A DNA stretch of 64,000 nucleotides from the NCBI GenBank assembly GCA_965213675.1, contig OZ243916.1:3136001-3200000 (forward strand), in the 5' to 3' direction. A model generated the notes under the pieces. That model had not been told where the DNA came from, made no database searches, and saw only the letters and a list, made by a program, of their open reading frames with translations. Position numbers and translations under genes: made by a program. The DNA is from an uncultured Candidatus Binatia bacterium. Lineage in GTDB: Bacteria > Desulfobacterota > Binatia > UBA9968 > JAJDTQ01. Positions 8,106-18,078 of the stretch are shown one piece after another (position 1 is the stretch's first letter; each line of letters starts with the position of its first letter).

Positions 8106-9464
8106 TCAGCCCTCCGCCAGCCAGCGTCCGATACCGATGAGTTCCCAGTCCTTGCGGTAGTAGCCGAGCAACTGTATTCCCAGCGGCATTTCGTCGAGGG
8201 CCAGCAGCGGCAGGTTCAGGGTGGGAACCCCCACCACCGACGAGAGTTCACCGTAGATGGCGTTGCCCACCGGCATGCCCACCGGCGCGGCGTCCACCGA
8301 ATTGAGGGTGACGAAGGCGTCGGCGCGGCCCGCCATGCCCTCCCATTGCCGCCGGAAGTCACCACACCAGTCCAGCGCCCGTGCGTAATCCGCGGGGGTC
8401 AATCTCCGGCCTGCCTCCACCCGCTCCAGAACCCGCTCGCTCAACAACTCCGGGCAGCGGTCGGCATACAGCGCCAGCGGGTAGCGGCCCTCGTAGGTGA
8501 GCATCAGCAGGATGACCTCCGGCAGTTCGCGGAGCTTGCGCTCCAGGGCTTCCACCTCCGGGTCGTTGGTGCGCCCCGCCACCGCGACGCCCCTGGCGCG
8601 CAGTTCCTCGATGAACCCGTCGAAGACCGTCTTGGCGTCATCCTGGGTGACTTCCCACCCGGCGGTTTCCAGACGGACGACGCGCCGGGGCCTGCTCGCC
8701 GGCGGCAGAGAGGGCTCGCCGTTGAGGCTCGGATGGCCCGGGTCTCCGCCCGCGGTGTGGGAGATGTACCAAGCCGTGCGCCACATGTCTTCCAGGGTGC
8801 CCGCGAGGATCCCCAGGTGGGCCAGGCTCGGCGCGGAGGGAAATCCCCCCAGCGTGTGGATGGCGCCGTAGGACGCCTTGATGGCGTAGGCGCCGCAGTA
8901 GGCCGCCGGGCGCAGCACCGAACCGCGCACCTGCGTGCCCGTGGCCGCCGGCACCATGCGCGCTCCCACCGCGGCGGCGCTGCCGCTGGAGGAGCCTCCG
9001 GGGGTGCGCGACACGTCCCAGGGGTTGCGCGTGGGACCGGGCGCGGCGAAGGCGAACTCCGTGGTCACGGTTTTGCCCAGGATGAGCGCGCCGCCTTTGC
9101 GCAAGGCGTGGACCGCGGCCCCGTCCCACCCGGACCTCCAGCCCTTGAGAACCGGGCTGCCCACCTCCATGGGCATGTCCTCGGTTTCGTGCACGTCCTT
9201 GATGGCCATGGGCATGCCGTCCACCACCGACAGGGGTTGTCCGGACTGGTAGCGCGCCGTGGCCGCGTCCGCGGCTTCCCGGGCGCCGTCCACGTTCATC
9301 CGCACGAAGGCTTTGACTTCCGGTTCCAGCGCGTCGATGGTTTTCAGGCAGCGCTCGAGATACGCCCGGGGCGTGTCGCTGCCGTCGCGAAACGCGGGGA
9401 TCGCGGCGGCGTAGCACAAGAGGTCGGCGGTCTTGGGATCGTAGGGAACCTTGCGTCCGGTCAT
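8106..9464 (-). CDS. Amidase signature family protein
   Basis: AIKD, GKTVTTEFA, TRNPW, PGGSSSGSAA, GTQVRGSVLRPA. Confidence 0.9.
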   Translation of the reverse strand: MTGRKVPYDPKTADLLCYAAAIPAFRDGSDTPRAYLERCLKTIDALEPEVKAFVRMNVDGAREAADAATARYQSGQPLSVVDGMPMAIKDVHETEDMPMEVGSPVLKGWRSGWDGAAVHALRKGGALILGKTVTTEFAFAAPGPTRNPWDVSRTPGGSSSGSAAAVGARMVPAATGTQVRGSVLRPAAYCGAYAIKASYGAIHTLGGFPSAPSLAHLGILAGTLEDMWRTAWYISHTAGGDPGHPSLNGEPSLPPASRPRRVVRLETAGWEVTQDDAKTVFDGFIEELRARGVAVAGRTNDPEVEALERKLRELPEVILLMLTYEGRYPLALYADRCPELLSERVLERVEAGRRLTPADYARALDWCGDFRRQWEGMAGRADAFVTLNSVDAAPVGMPVGNAIYGELSSVVGVPTLNLPLLALDEMPLGIQLLGYYRKDWELIGIGRWLAEG

Positions 9465-9552
9465 GGGGTCCTTTCAGGGTTGCGGGACCGCGGGCGCGCG
9501 ATGGCCCGCAATCGACCTGGAGCGGCGCGTTGTCCATGAAAGCACGGATGCG

Positions 9553-9577
9553 TGGCATTATAGACGACAAAATGCCA
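9553..9577. promoter_or_regulatory. Possible operator palindrome between amidase and modABC
   Basis: TGGCATT-N11-AATGCCA in an AT-richer divergent intergenic region. Confidence 0.3.
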
Positions 9578-9659
9578 AGACAAAACGATGAGCAGGGAAG
9601 ACGCCAATTCCACGGAACGTCATTCCCGCGATCAGGGTCGAGGGCATGCTTTCGCGGGT

Positions 9660-10436
9660 ATGATAATGCGTCCGGTGGGGGTGCTGGTGGGAGTCTTCCT
9701 CCTGGCGGTGTCCTGTGCCGGCGCGGCCGCGGCGGCGGAGCGTCTGCTCGTGTTTGCCGCGGGCAGCCTCCAGGGTTCGGTGGATGAAGTGGCGCGGGCG
9801 TACGAGCGCGCCGGCGGGGCGCGGGTGGCGGTGTCCTATGCCGCGAGTTCGGTGCTGGCGCGGCAGATCGAGCAAGGCGCGGCCGCGGACATCTACATCA
9901 CAGCCAGTCCCAAGTGGATGGACCGCCTGGAGCGCAGGCGCTGGCTGCGGCCAGGGACCCGTGGCAACCTCCTGGGAAACCGTGTGGTGCTGGTGGCGCC
10001 GGCGGACCGCGCCGCCCCGGTGACGATCCATTCCGGCTTCCCCCTGGCGCGCCTGCTTGGCAGCGGGCGGCTGGCCATGGGTGATCCGGACTACGTCCCC
10101 GCGGGCGTGTACGCCAAGGCGGCGCTGGAGACTTTCGGCGTTTGGCAGGCGGTGGCGGGCCGGCTCGCGGGCACCCCGGATGTGCGCCGGGCACTGGCGC
10201 TGGTGGCCCGCGGCGAGGCGCCCTACGGCATCGTCTACGCCACCGACGCCAAGGCGGAGCCGCGAGTGGCCGTGGTAGGGGTCTTCCCCGCGCACTCCCA
10301 TCCGTCCATCGACTATTCGGCGGCCATTCCCGCCGCCAGCGTTCACCCCGAGGCGGAACGGTTCCTGGGTTACCTGTGGTCGCCCAAGGCCCGGGCGGTG
10401 TTCCGCGCGCACGGCTTCGCGGTGCGGGAGCCCTGA
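9660..10436 (+). CDS. modA: Molybdate ABC transporter substrate-binding protein
   Basis: VFAAGSL, ASSVLARQIEQGA, GDPDYVPAGVYA, GIVYATDA. Confidence 0.92.
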   Translation: MIMRPVGVLVGVFLLAVSCAGAAAAAERLLVFAAGSLQGSVDEVARAYERAGGARVAVSYAASSVLARQIEQGAAADIYITASPKWMDRLERRRWLRPGTRGNLLGNRVVLVAPADRAAPVTIHSGFPLARLLGSGRLAMGDPDYVPAGVYAKAALETFGVWQAVAGRLAGTPDVRRALALVARGEAPYGIVYATDAKAEPRVAVVGVFPAHSHPSIDYSAAIPAASVHPEAERFLGYLWSPKARAVFRAHGFAVREP

Positions 10437-10465
10437 GAGTCTGCGCCGTAGAAAGTTGCAACGTT

Positions 10466-11170
10466 ATGTGGTCCCTGAGTCCGGCCGAGATGGAGGCTCT
10501 TCGCTTGAGCGTCCGCGTCGCGGCCTGGAGCACGGCCGTCGGCCTTCCCCTGGCGGTGGCGGCGGCGCATCTGCTGGCGCGCCGCCGCTTCTGGGGCAAG
10601 GAGATACTGAACGCCCTGCTGCACATGCCGCTGGTGCTGCCGCCCGTGGTGACCGGATACCTGCTGCTCCTGCTGCTGGGGCGCCGCGGCGTGGTGGGCG
10701 CGTGGCTGGAGCAGACCTTCGGCCTGGTGTTCGCGTTCCGTTGGACCGGCGCGGTGGTCGCCGCGGCGGTGGTGGCGTTCCCCTTGATGGTGCGGCCCAT
10801 CCGCCTCAGCCTCGAGGCCGTCGACCCGCGCCTGGAGTCCGCCGCCGCGACCCTCGGCGCCAACCGTTTCTGGACCTGGTTCACGGTGACGCTGCCCTTG
10901 AGCCTGCCGGGGGTGGTGGTGGGCGCCATCCTCGGCTTCACCCGGAGCCTGGGGGAGTTCGGCGCCACCGTGACATTCGTGTCGAACATCCCGGGTGAGA
11001 CCCGGACGCTGTCCCTGGCGGTCTATTCGGCGCTCCAGGCGCCCGGCGGGGAGCCGGGCGCCATGCGCCTCACCGTGATCATTGTCCTGATTACGGTCGT
11101 CGCGCTGGTGGCGTCGGAGATCCTGGGCCGCTACGTGGCGCGCAGGACGCGGGGGTACACGAGTGCTTGA
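10466..11170 (+). CDS. modB: Molybdate ABC transporter permease
   Basis: PLVLPPVVTGY, SLGEFGAT, IPGETRTL. Confidence 0.93.
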   Translation: MWSLSPAEMEALRLSVRVAAWSTAVGLPLAVAAAHLLARRRFWGKEILNALLHMPLVLPPVVTGYLLLLLLGRRGVVGAWLEQTFGLVFAFRWTGAVVAAAVVAFPLMVRPIRLSLEAVDPRLESAAATLGANRFWTWFTVTLPLSLPGVVVGAILGFTRSLGEFGATVTFVSNIPGETRTLSLAVYSALQAPGGEPGAMRLTVIIVLITVVALVASEILGRYVARRTRGYTSA

Positions 11171-12272
11171 AGTGGACGTCCAGCGCCGCCTCGGGGACTT
11201 TCGCATCGAGGCGCGGTTCCGCAGCGACCGCGGCATCACCGCCCTGTTCGGCCGTTCCGGCGCGGGCAAGACATCCATCGTGAACATGGTGAGCGGGCTG
11301 CTGAAGCCCGAGCGCGGGCGCATCGCCGTGGACGGGTCCGTGCTGTTCGACAGCGCCGCGGGCGTCGACTTGCCGCCGTGGAAGCGGCGCCTCGGCTACG
11401 TGTTTCAGGAAGGGCGCCTGTTCCCCCACCTGACGGTGCGCAGGAACCTGCTTTACGGCCTGCGTTTCACGCCTGTGGCCGAGCGTTGGCTGACCCTGGA
11501 ACAGGCGGTCAAGGTGCTGGACCTGGGCGCCCTGCTGCGGCGCCGCCCGCCGTCGCTTTCGGGCGGCGAGAAGCAACGCGTGGCCATGGGGCGGGCGCTG
11601 CTGAGCAGCCCGCGGGCGCTCCTGATGGACGAACCCCTGGCGTCTCTGGACGTGCTCCTGAAGCGGGAGATCCTGCCGTACATCGAACGCCTCGACGAGA
11701 TGGGCATCCCCATCCTCTACGTGAGCCACTCCCTCGAAGAGGTGTCGCGGCTGGCGCGCCACCTCGTGCTGGTGTCCGAGGGCCGGGTGTCCGCCGCGGG
11801 CGAGGTGGACGAGGTCCTGAACCGGTTGAAGTTGTGGTCGCCGGAGGACGAGGGCGAAGCCGGCACCATGCTGAACACGCGGGTGACGGGCCACGACGCC
11901 GAGGGAGGGATCACGCACCTTCAATTCCGTGGCGGCGAGCTGCGGGTGCCGCTGGTGGATATCCCCGAAGGGTTGGCCGTGCGCGTGTGGATCCGCGCGC
12001 GGGACGTAGGCGTGGCCACGGAGCGTCCACGCGGACTGAGTCTGCGCAACGTGCTCAAGGGGACCCTGGTGGAGATGGGCGCGGACGCGGGTCCCGTGAA
12101 TGAGCTCCGGCTGCGCATCGGCGACACGACCCTCACCGCGCTGGTGACACGGGGAGCGGCGCGCGACCTCGCGCTGGCGCCGGGCCAGGAGATCTATGCC
12201 CTCATCAAGAGCGCCAACCTCGACCGCCGGCAACTCAGCCTGGTGGCCGCGATGGCCAGACCGGGTTGTTAG
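11163..12272 (+). CDS. modC: Molybdate ABC transporter ATPase with TOBE domain
   Basis: GRSGAGKT, LSGGEKQR, MDEP, C-terminal YALIKS. Confidence 0.93.
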   Translation: MLEVDVQRRLGDFRIEARFRSDRGITALFGRSGAGKTSIVNMVSGLLKPERGRIAVDGSVLFDSAAGVDLPPWKRRLGYVFQEGRLFPHLTVRRNLLYGLRFTPVAERWLTLEQAVKVLDLGALLRRRPPSLSGGEKQRVAMGRALLSSPRALLMDEPLASLDVLLKREILPYIERLDEMGIPILYVSHSLEEVSRLARHLVLVSEGRVSAAGEVDEVLNRLKLWSPEDEGEAGTMLNTRVTGHDAEGGITHLQFRGGELRVPLVDIPEGLAVRVWIRARDVGVATERPRGLSLRNVLKGTLVEMGADAGPVNELRLRIGDTTLTALVTRGAARDLALAPGQEIYALIKSANLDRRQLSLVAAMARPGC

Positions 12273-12384
12273 GTCCGCAGCCGTGTATCCCTTCGGGCAA
12301 TCACTGGTTGCCATGTCCGCAAATGGTCTATGAGTGTGTGCACGAGTCAATGAGGAGCCTGTGAGGACGGACCACTGACGGCTG

Positions 12385-13608
12385 ATGCCTGCCGAATCTC
12401 GAAGCACCTTCTCGTCGCTGCGCCACCGCGACTTCCGGTATCTGTGGGCCGGCACCTGTTTCCTCAGCGGCGGGCTGTGGATCCAGCAGGTGACCCTGGG
12501 TTGGGCCACCTACGAGATGACCGGGTCGTCCATTCTGCTGGGCGCGATCAACGGCCTGCGCTTCGTCCCCTTCCTCATCTTCAGCCCGCTCGCCGGCGTG
12601 GCCGCGGACCGGACGGACCGGCGCCGGCTCATGATGACCACCCAGTGGTGCGTTCTGCTCACCGCCCTGGGCATGGGTCTGGTGGTCAGCCTGGAGCTGC
12701 TGAAGGTATGGCACCTGTTCGCCTTCACCCTGGTGACCGGCGTGGTGTGGTCCTTCAGCGAGCCGGTGCGGCAGGCGCTCATCCCCGACGTGGTGCCGCG
12801 CGCGGAGTTGATGAACGCGGTGGCTCTCAATTCCGCGGCCTTCAACTTTACCAAGATCATCGGTCCCAGCGTGGGCGGGGTGCTCATCGTGGCGTTCGGC
12901 CTGGCGGGCAACTTCTACATCCAGAGCGCCACCTATCTCTTCGTCCTGTGGATGATCTACCGGATGCAGGTGCCCGAGCGGATCAGCGAGGCGGCGGCCT
13001 CGTCGGTGTTGAGCAACCTGCGCGAAGGCATACGCTACGTGTGGAGGGATCCGGTGGTGTTCGCGGTCATGGCCACGGCGATGATCCCGCGCCTCTTCGC
13101 CATGCCCTACCAGGCGTTGATGCCGATCTTTCAGAAGGACGTGCTGCAGGTGGGGGCGGACGGCCTGGGTCTCATGATGGCGGCGCCGGGCCTGGGCGCC
13201 ATGCTGGCCATGCTGAGCGTCGCCCACTATGCCAGCCGGGTGAACCGGCCCGGGCTGCTGATGATTACGGCGCTGGCGCTGCAGGGGGTGTTCCTGGCTT
13301 TGTTCGCGCTGGTGCGCACCCTGCCGCTGGCGCTCGTGACCCTGGTGGTCGTGGGTGGATTCCAGGTGTTGTTCATGTCCGTCTCCAACATGGTGTTGCA
13401 CATGACCATTCCGGATCAACTGCGCGGTCGGGTCATGAGCATCTACATGCTTGACCGCGGCATCACCCCCGCCGGCGCGCTGCTCGCCGGCATCAGCGCC
13501 CACTTTGTCGGCGCCCCCACCACCGTGTTGGGCATGGGCGCCTTCGTGCTCGCGTTGTCCGCCGTGGTGATCGTTTTCCTGCCGGGCCTGCGCAAGGTGC
13601 GGGCCTGA
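12385..13608 (+). CDS. MFS transporter
   Basis: 12-TM pattern, GVAADRTDRRR motif A, LRGRVMS. Confidence 0.9.
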   Translation: MPAESRSTFSSLRHRDFRYLWAGTCFLSGGLWIQQVTLGWATYEMTGSSILLGAINGLRFVPFLIFSPLAGVAADRTDRRRLMMTTQWCVLLTALGMGLVVSLELLKVWHLFAFTLVTGVVWSFSEPVRQALIPDVVPRAELMNAVALNSAAFNFTKIIGPSVGGVLIVAFGLAGNFYIQSATYLFVLWMIYRMQVPERISEAAASSVLSNLREGIRYVWRDPVVFAVMATAMIPRLFAMPYQALMPIFQKDVLQVGADGLGLMMAAPGLGAMLAMLSVAHYASRVNRPGLLMITALALQGVFLALFALVRTLPLALVTLVVVGGFQVLFMSVSNMVLHMTIPDQLRGRVMSIYMLDRGITPAGALLAGISAHFVGAPTTVLGMGAFVLALSAVVIVFLPGLRKVRA

Positions 13609-13909
13609 AATTCCCGGAGCGGACAGAACCGGCGCCAATGTCCCGAATTGTCCCCTGGGGAGCCGCTTTCGTGCCCTTGTGTGTCGATCATTCGCCGGCA
13701 TCGAAGATTCCCGCGCAAGGGGAACCGTTCTGTTCCGTCATTGCCGTGCGAGTTCCGCCACGACTCGTTCCGCGGGAGCGACGGAAACGGCCGTCCGGCA
13801 TCCTTGACAATGCGCGGTTTCCGCTGTTTCCATTGACGGTGATGGGTGAGATTTCGTTGTTTCGCTGGGTGAGGGACTCTTGGGGGTTCCCGGAACAGGC
13901 GCAGGAGGC

Positions 13910-15262
13910 GTGGTGGACAACGGCAGCCAATTGAATGGAACCTGGGTCGATCTCGACCGAGGCGTGGTCAGCCGGGAGATCTTCGTCGACGAAGACATCT
14001 ACCGCGCCGAGCTGGAGCGGATTTTCGCACGGGCGTGGCTCTTTGTGGGCCACGAGAGCCAGATTCCCGAGCCGGGGGATTTCTTTCTTTCGCGCATGGG
14101 GGACGAGTCGGTCATTGTCACCCGCGACCCGCAACGCGACATCCACGTGCTGCTCAACACCTGCCGGCACCGGGGTATGAAGGTGTGCCGCTACGACCAC
14201 GGCAACACCTCGGTGTTCACCTGCCCGTATCACGGCTGGAGCTACGCCACCGACGGCGGGCTGGTGAAGACGCCGGGCGACCTCTATGGCGTGCCCCAGT
14301 TCCGCGCGGGCTACGGCGAACAACTCGACAAGTCCGAGTGGGGGCTGATCCGCGCGGCGCGGATGGAAGTCTACAAAGGAACCGTCTGGGCCACTTGGGA
14401 TCCGTCGGCGCCGTCCTTCGAGGAGTACCTGGGGGGCATGCGCCTGTACCTGGACGCGCTTCTCGATGCGCGGGACGGCGGCGCGGGCGGCTCGGAGGTG
14501 CTGGGCGGGGTGGTCAAGTGGCGCATGCCGTGCAACTGGAAATTCGCCGCGGAAAACTTCGCCTGGGACACCTACCACAGCCCCACGACGCACAAATCGG
14601 CGGAGATCGCCGGGCTCGGACCGGGCGGCGAAGGGCAGGAGCGCCACGGCTCGGCGCACAAGAACCAGGCCAGGCGGTTCACCAGCGGGCTGATGGCGTT
14701 CCCCAGCCTCGGCCACGCCACCATCACCGGGCCACCGGAGGTGGGCGCCCAGGCGTGGTTTCCCGAATTTCCCAACGACCCGGTGGTGGCGGAGTACTTC
14801 AAGGCGGTGGAGGCCCGGCGGCGCGAGCGGCAGCAGGGCCAGGTCACCGTAACGCCCGGCAACGGCAGTATCTTCCCCAACACCTCGTTCCACCCCTGGT
14901 TCCCGCGGACGATGGTGGTGTGGCATCCGTTGGGGGCGGGCCAGACCGAGGCGTGGCGCTGGTACCTGGTGGACCAGGACGCGCCCTGGGAGGTCAAGGA
15001 CCTGCTGCGCCGCTACTACATGCGGTTTTCGGGTCCGGCGGGCATGGTGGAGTCCGACGACATGGACAATTGGGTCTACGCCACGGAAGCCAGCCGCGGC
15101 ACCATTGCGCGGCGCTACCCCTACCACTACGGCATGGGGCTCGGTTTCGCGCACCCCGTGGAGAACCTGCCGGACGCGGTGACGGTCAAGGCGTCGTTTT
15201 CCGAGGAAGGCGCCCGGGCGTTCTACCGGCGCTGGTCGGAGTTGATGCATGACCAGCCGTAG
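13910..15262 (+). CDS. Aromatic ring-hydroxylating Rieske oxygenase, alpha subunit
   Basis: CRHRG...CPYHGW Rieske motif, NWKFAAENF, DTYHSPTTH, ESDD; AGGAGG before GTG 13910. Confidence 0.93.
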   Translation: MVDNGSQLNGTWVDLDRGVVSREIFVDEDIYRAELERIFARAWLFVGHESQIPEPGDFFLSRMGDESVIVTRDPQRDIHVLLNTCRHRGMKVCRYDHGNTSVFTCPYHGWSYATDGGLVKTPGDLYGVPQFRAGYGEQLDKSEWGLIRAARMEVYKGTVWATWDPSAPSFEEYLGGMRLYLDALLDARDGGAGGSEVLGGVVKWRMPCNWKFAAENFAWDTYHSPTTHKSAEIAGLGPGGEGQERHGSAHKNQARRFTSGLMAFPSLGHATITGPPEVGAQAWFPEFPNDPVVAEYFKAVEARRRERQQGQVTVTPGNGSIFPNTSFHPWFPRTMVVWHPLGAGQTEAWRWYLVDQDAPWEVKDLLRRYYMRFSGPAGMVESDDMDNWVYATEASRGTIARRYPYHYGMGLGFAHPVENLPDAVTVKASFSEEGARAFYRRWSELMHDQP

Positions 15263-15950
15263 CCACACACCGGCCGGAAAGGCCGCTGCGGGCGAGTTGG
15301 CGGAGGCGGCGACACCGGGAACGGCGATGCCGCCAACGGGCGCGCCGCGAAATACGCTGCCGGACGGAACGCGGGCGGCCGCGCCGGGCCGCGGCTTTTC
15401 GGCTGCGGACGGCGCCGGGAAAGGGCTCGCCTACCTGTTGCTGGCGCAGGAGGTGCACGAGTTCCTGTGCGCCGAGGCCGACCTGTTGGACGAGCGCCGC
15501 TACGAGGAGTGGCTGGAGCTTCTGACCGACGATATCTGCTACTGGGCGCCCATGCGCCGGAACGTTCAGTTCGGCCACTGGGACACGGAGAACACGCGCC
15601 AGGGCCGGGACATGAACTGGTTCGACGAAGGCAAGAGCACGCTCCGGCTGCGCATCAAGCAGATCACGTCCGGCGTCCACTGGGTGGAGGAGCCCGCGCC
15701 GCGGGTCTCCCGGCTGATCACCAACGTGCACGGCATCCAGGCCGCCCCGAGCCTGGAAGACCCCGAGGAAGTCCGCGTCAAGTACCGGATCCTGATCTAT
15801 CGCAACAAGCTGGAGGACAGCACCGACGTCTTCGCCGGCAAGCGCGACGATGTGCTGCGCAAGGTGAACGGCGCATGGAAGATTCGCAAGCGCACCATGC
15901 TGCTGGACCAGAGCGTGCTGCTGTCCGCCACCATGCCGTTCGTGCTGTAG
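15249..15950 (+). CDS. Aromatic ring-hydroxylating oxygenase, beta subunit
   Basis: EADLLDERRYEEWL, YWAP, RDDVLR, LDQSVL; overlaps alpha stop; Ala/Pro-rich N-extension. Confidence 0.9.
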   Translation: MTSRSHTPAGKAAAGELAEAATPGTAMPPTGAPRNTLPDGTRAAAPGRGFSAADGAGKGLAYLLLAQEVHEFLCAEADLLDERRYEEWLELLTDDICYWAPMRRNVQFGHWDTENTRQGRDMNWFDEGKSTLRLRIKQITSGVHWVEEPAPRVSRLITNVHGIQAAPSLEDPEEVRVKYRILIYRNKLEDSTDVFAGKRDDVLRKVNGAWKIRKRTMLLDQSVLLSATMPFVL

Positions 15951-15987
15951 GGCCCGGGTCGGGCATCGCAGGATACCCCGGGATTCG

Positions 15988-16959
15988 TCAGACGTCGATG
16001 AACAGCTCGCGCAGGTCCGGCCGGTGCGAGATCAGGCCCTGGGCCATGGAGTAATCCAGGAACTTCTCCAGACCCTTGCGGTTGGCCTCGATGCCGTGAG
16101 GCCAAGGGTCGCGGCCCAGGACTCCGGCGGTGCTCTCCACATACTCGGAGAACCAGGGGAGGACGCCAGCCGAGCTCACCGTATCCAGCCGCTTGAAGAA
16201 GGAATCCTTCTCCTTCCTCAACACCTTCTCCACCTTGCGCGCGATGCCGATCCCCTTCTCCAGGTGCTTCTCCCTGAGGGCCATGAGGTGCATGAGCGGG
16301 ATGACGCCGTGCTTGCGGAAGTATTCCTTCTCCCGCTCCACCGCGTCGGGGAAAAGGCAGCGCACGCCGGGCGCCGGCGGCCGGGTCAGGTGCGCGTAGA
16401 TCACCGCGTCGAGCTTGTTTTCCAGGAGCCAGTCGAAGAGGCGCGCTTCCCCGCCCGCGTTCTCCACCTTTCCGGCAAGTTCCCCTGGCAGCCTGACGCG
16501 CTCCACCCGTCCGGTGACCCAGCGGATGTCTTCGGGTCTGACGCCGTAGTCGTCCTGCAGGATGCCGCGAATCCACACCGCCGCGGTCATGTGATAGTCC
16601 GGCACCCCGACGCGCTTGCCCCTGAGCTGCTCCCCGCTCACGAGTTTGCTGTCCCGGCGCACGAACAGTGCCGAGTGGCGGAAGCGCCGTGAGGTGAAGA
16701 TGGGCAACGCCTTGTAGGCGCGCCACCCCTGCTCGCGCATCATGGTGTAGCTCGACAGCGACAACTCCGTGACATCGTACCGCGGCGACTTCAACACGCG
16801 CCGGAACAGCTTGTTCGGCGGGTCCACGTAGTGCCAGCGAATGTCCAGCCCGTACGCCTGGTGGCGCCCGCTCGTGAGCGCGCCGAAGAACGGGTAGTCG
16901 TTGCTGGCCAGCGTGAGGGGCACGAGCCCGGTCTCGTTCGGTGATGGTTTGTCGGCCAA
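15988..16959 (-). CDS. 4,5-dihydroxyphthalate decarboxylase (OphC)-like, periplasmic-binding-fold protein
   Basis: ELSLSSY, FTSRRFRHS, GKRVGVPDYHMTAAVWIRGIL, IPLMH, DPWPHG; paralog of 62896-63894. Confidence 0.8.
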   Translation of the reverse strand: MADKPSPNETGLVPLTLASNDYPFFGALTSGRHQAYGLDIRWHYVDPPNKLFRRVLKSPRYDVTELSLSSYTMMREQGWRAYKALPIFTSRRFRHSALFVRRDSKLVSGEQLRGKRVGVPDYHMTAAVWIRGILQDDYGVRPEDIRWVTGRVERVRLPGELAGKVENAGGEARLFDWLLENKLDAVIYAHLTRPPAPGVRCLFPDAVEREKEYFRKHGVIPLMHLMALREKHLEKGIGIARKVEKVLRKEKDSFFKRLDTVSSAGVLPWFSEYVESTAGVLGRDPWPHGIEANRKGLEKFLDYSMAQGLISHRPDLRELFIDV

Positions 16960-17148
16960 GTCAATCTCCCTCCGGGGCGGACCCGTGTAGCGATTCACGA
17001 AGACGCTTGTGAAGATGCGCAGAAATACAGGTTGCTGGCAAGGCGTGGCATGCACCTCTTCGTATGGTCCGGGACGGCGGTTTCGTGGTAGTTTGAACGG
17101 GAGTGAAAGGAGTGGAGCGGTCGTCGTTCGCCGCAATCAGCACCTACG

Positions 17149-18078
17149 ATGAACACGTCGGTGTCCATGGAAACGCCGTCCGGCAAGGCCGCGGCGGATG
17201 AGAATTTCCCGGTGGGCTCGTGGCTCTTGCCCGCGCGCCTGCGCCCGCATATCGCCACCTTCTACGCCTATGCCCGGGCCATCGACGACATCGCCGACGA
17301 TCCGACCCTGGCGCCCGCCGACAAGATCGCCCGGCTCGACGGTTTCGCCGACGCGGTCACCGGCGCCGGTGCGCCGGACCCGGCTTTCCGCAAGGCGCAC
17401 GCGATCCGGCGCAGCCTCGCCGAGACCGGTGTGACGTCCCGGCACTGCGTGGACCTGACCCGGGCGTTCAAGCAGGACGCGGTGAAGCTGCGCTACGAGG
17501 ACTGGGACGATCTCATGGGTTACTGCGACCTGTCGGCGGCGCCGGTGGGCCGCTACCTGGTGGACCTGCACGGCGAGTCCCCCACGGCCTATCCGGCGTC
17601 CGACGCCCTGTGCCACGCTTTGCAGGTGCTGAACCACCTCCAGGACTGCGGCGATGACTACAAGGCCCTTGACCGGGTCTACCTGCCGCGGGACTGGATG
17701 TCGTCCGCGGGCGCCGATGTCGAAGCTCTTGCTCACGGGGCTGCCGGCGCCCCGTTGCGGCGGGTGCTGGACCGCTGCCTCGATCACACCGACCGCCTTC
17801 TCGAAACCGCAAACGCGCTGCCGGGAAACCTGCGCAACCTGCGCTTCGCCATGGAGGCCGCGGTCATCGTCGCCATCGCATGGAGGCTCGGCGCGGAGCT
17901 GCGCCGGCGCGATCCGCTGGCTGAACGGGTGGTGTTGAGTCAGGCTCAGTACGCGGCCTGTTGCGCGCGCGGCATCGGCCGGGTGCTGTTCGAGCGGGCC
18001 TTGCGGCGGCACCGCGCGCCGGAGCGGCCGCGTTCCGGCACGCGCGGTGGTGAGGATTCGTCGGATGCCGGAGGGTAG
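17149..18078 (+). CDS. hpnC: Hydroxysqualene synthase HpnC
   Basis: ENFPVGS, YARAIDDIADD, SAAPVGR, LQVLNHLQD, RVYLP. Confidence 0.9.
   Translation: MNTSVSMETPSGKAAADENFPVGSWLLPARLRPHIATFYAYARAIDDIADDPTLAPADKIARLDGFADAVTGAGAPDPAFRKAHAIRRSLAETGVTSRHCVDLTRAFKQDAVKLRYEDWDDLMGYCDLSAAPVGRYLVDLHGESPTAYPASDALCHALQVLNHLQDCGDDYKALDRVYLPRDWMSSAGADVEALAHGAAGAPLRRVLDRCLDHTDRLLETANALPGNLRNLRFAMEAAVIVAIAWRLGAELRRRDPLAERVVLSQAQYAACCARGIGRVLFERALRRHRAPERPRSGTRGGEDSSDAGG

Noticed and set aside
9465-9660. Moco riboswitch or ModE box upstream of modA
   Set aside because: No recognisable consensus by eye; only a short palindrome and a REP-like sequence. An Infernal scan would settle it.
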